Shown one piece after another: positions 63,701 through 64,000 of a stretch of 64,000 nucleotides of DNA; the first letter of the stretch is position 1; each line of letters begins with the position of its first letter. The stretch lies in contig CM075988.1 in NCBI GenBank assembly GCA_038087875.1, forward strand, positions 7,070,001 through 7,134,000, read 5' to 3'. This stretch comes from Malacoraja senta (Eukaryota). The notes under the pieces are model-generated. The model did not search any database and was not told where the DNA came from. It was given only the letters and a program-made list of their open reading frames with translations. Position numbers and translations under genes: made by a program.

Positions 63701-64000
63701 CAAGGATCACTGAGGGAAGTGCACGGTGCTTACTTTCTCCTCGCCTAAGTCTTGCTTTAATACCACCCTTCTTCTTCCTCCCCCGTCTCGTTACCTTCTT
63801 TCTATTGTTGTGCAGGGTGCCTGTCCGGTCGGTTGGGAGTTCACATTGTAGCTCCTCCGGCAACTTGTCTATGGCAGGGGCTTGGTGAGAGCGAAATTGC
63901 AGCTGAAGAAAAAAGTCCCTGCAGTAAGTAATCCGTTGGTTGTCCGGAAGAGTGTATCCATATGATGCAGTGGGCAGATAATCCAAGACGAACAGTAGAA
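60771..64000 (-). mobile_element. Nearly intact Rex1/Babar-clade LINE (APE endonuclease + RT); 5' end at or beyond the window edge
   Basis: EN: LANVRSL, AFTETWL, GDF, SADH. RT: DPLQFAY, LFADFSSAFNT, GSPQGCVLSP, KFADDT. One in-frame TAA (62721-62723) and one frameshift (~62416-62423); tail (GAATT)n. Confidence 0.92.

Overview
Vertebrate genomic DNA, most likely a skate or ray, inferred from the HE1-like V-SINEs, CR1/HER1-like LINEs and Penelope-derived palindromes. One host gene spans the window on the + strand: SLC37A2, an MFS sugar-phosphate exchanger. It has 18 coding exons with GT-AG introns, from ATG 687 to TGA 55242, giving a 1491-nt CDS and a 496-aa protein. The introns and 3' flank are full of transposable elements: CR1, L1, L2, Rex1/Babar and Penelope retroelements, tRNA-derived V-SINEs, PIF/Harbinger derivatives and a pogo-like MITE. 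Four observations stand out. (1) A 141-nt non-coding retroelement begins with a 54-nt minimal HDV/CPEB3-like ribozyme fold (9781-9921, minus strand). (2) Minimal hammerhead-ribozyme cores occur in the abundant Penelope-derived inverted repeats. (3) A 0.93-kb non-coding element shares its 3' terminal hairpin with the nearly intact Rex1/Babar LINE at the end of the window. (4) The SLC37A2 protein carries unusual candidate lysosomal sorting signals. All family assignments come from manual motif recognition, with no database search, and repeat boundaries are approximate unless a junction is described.
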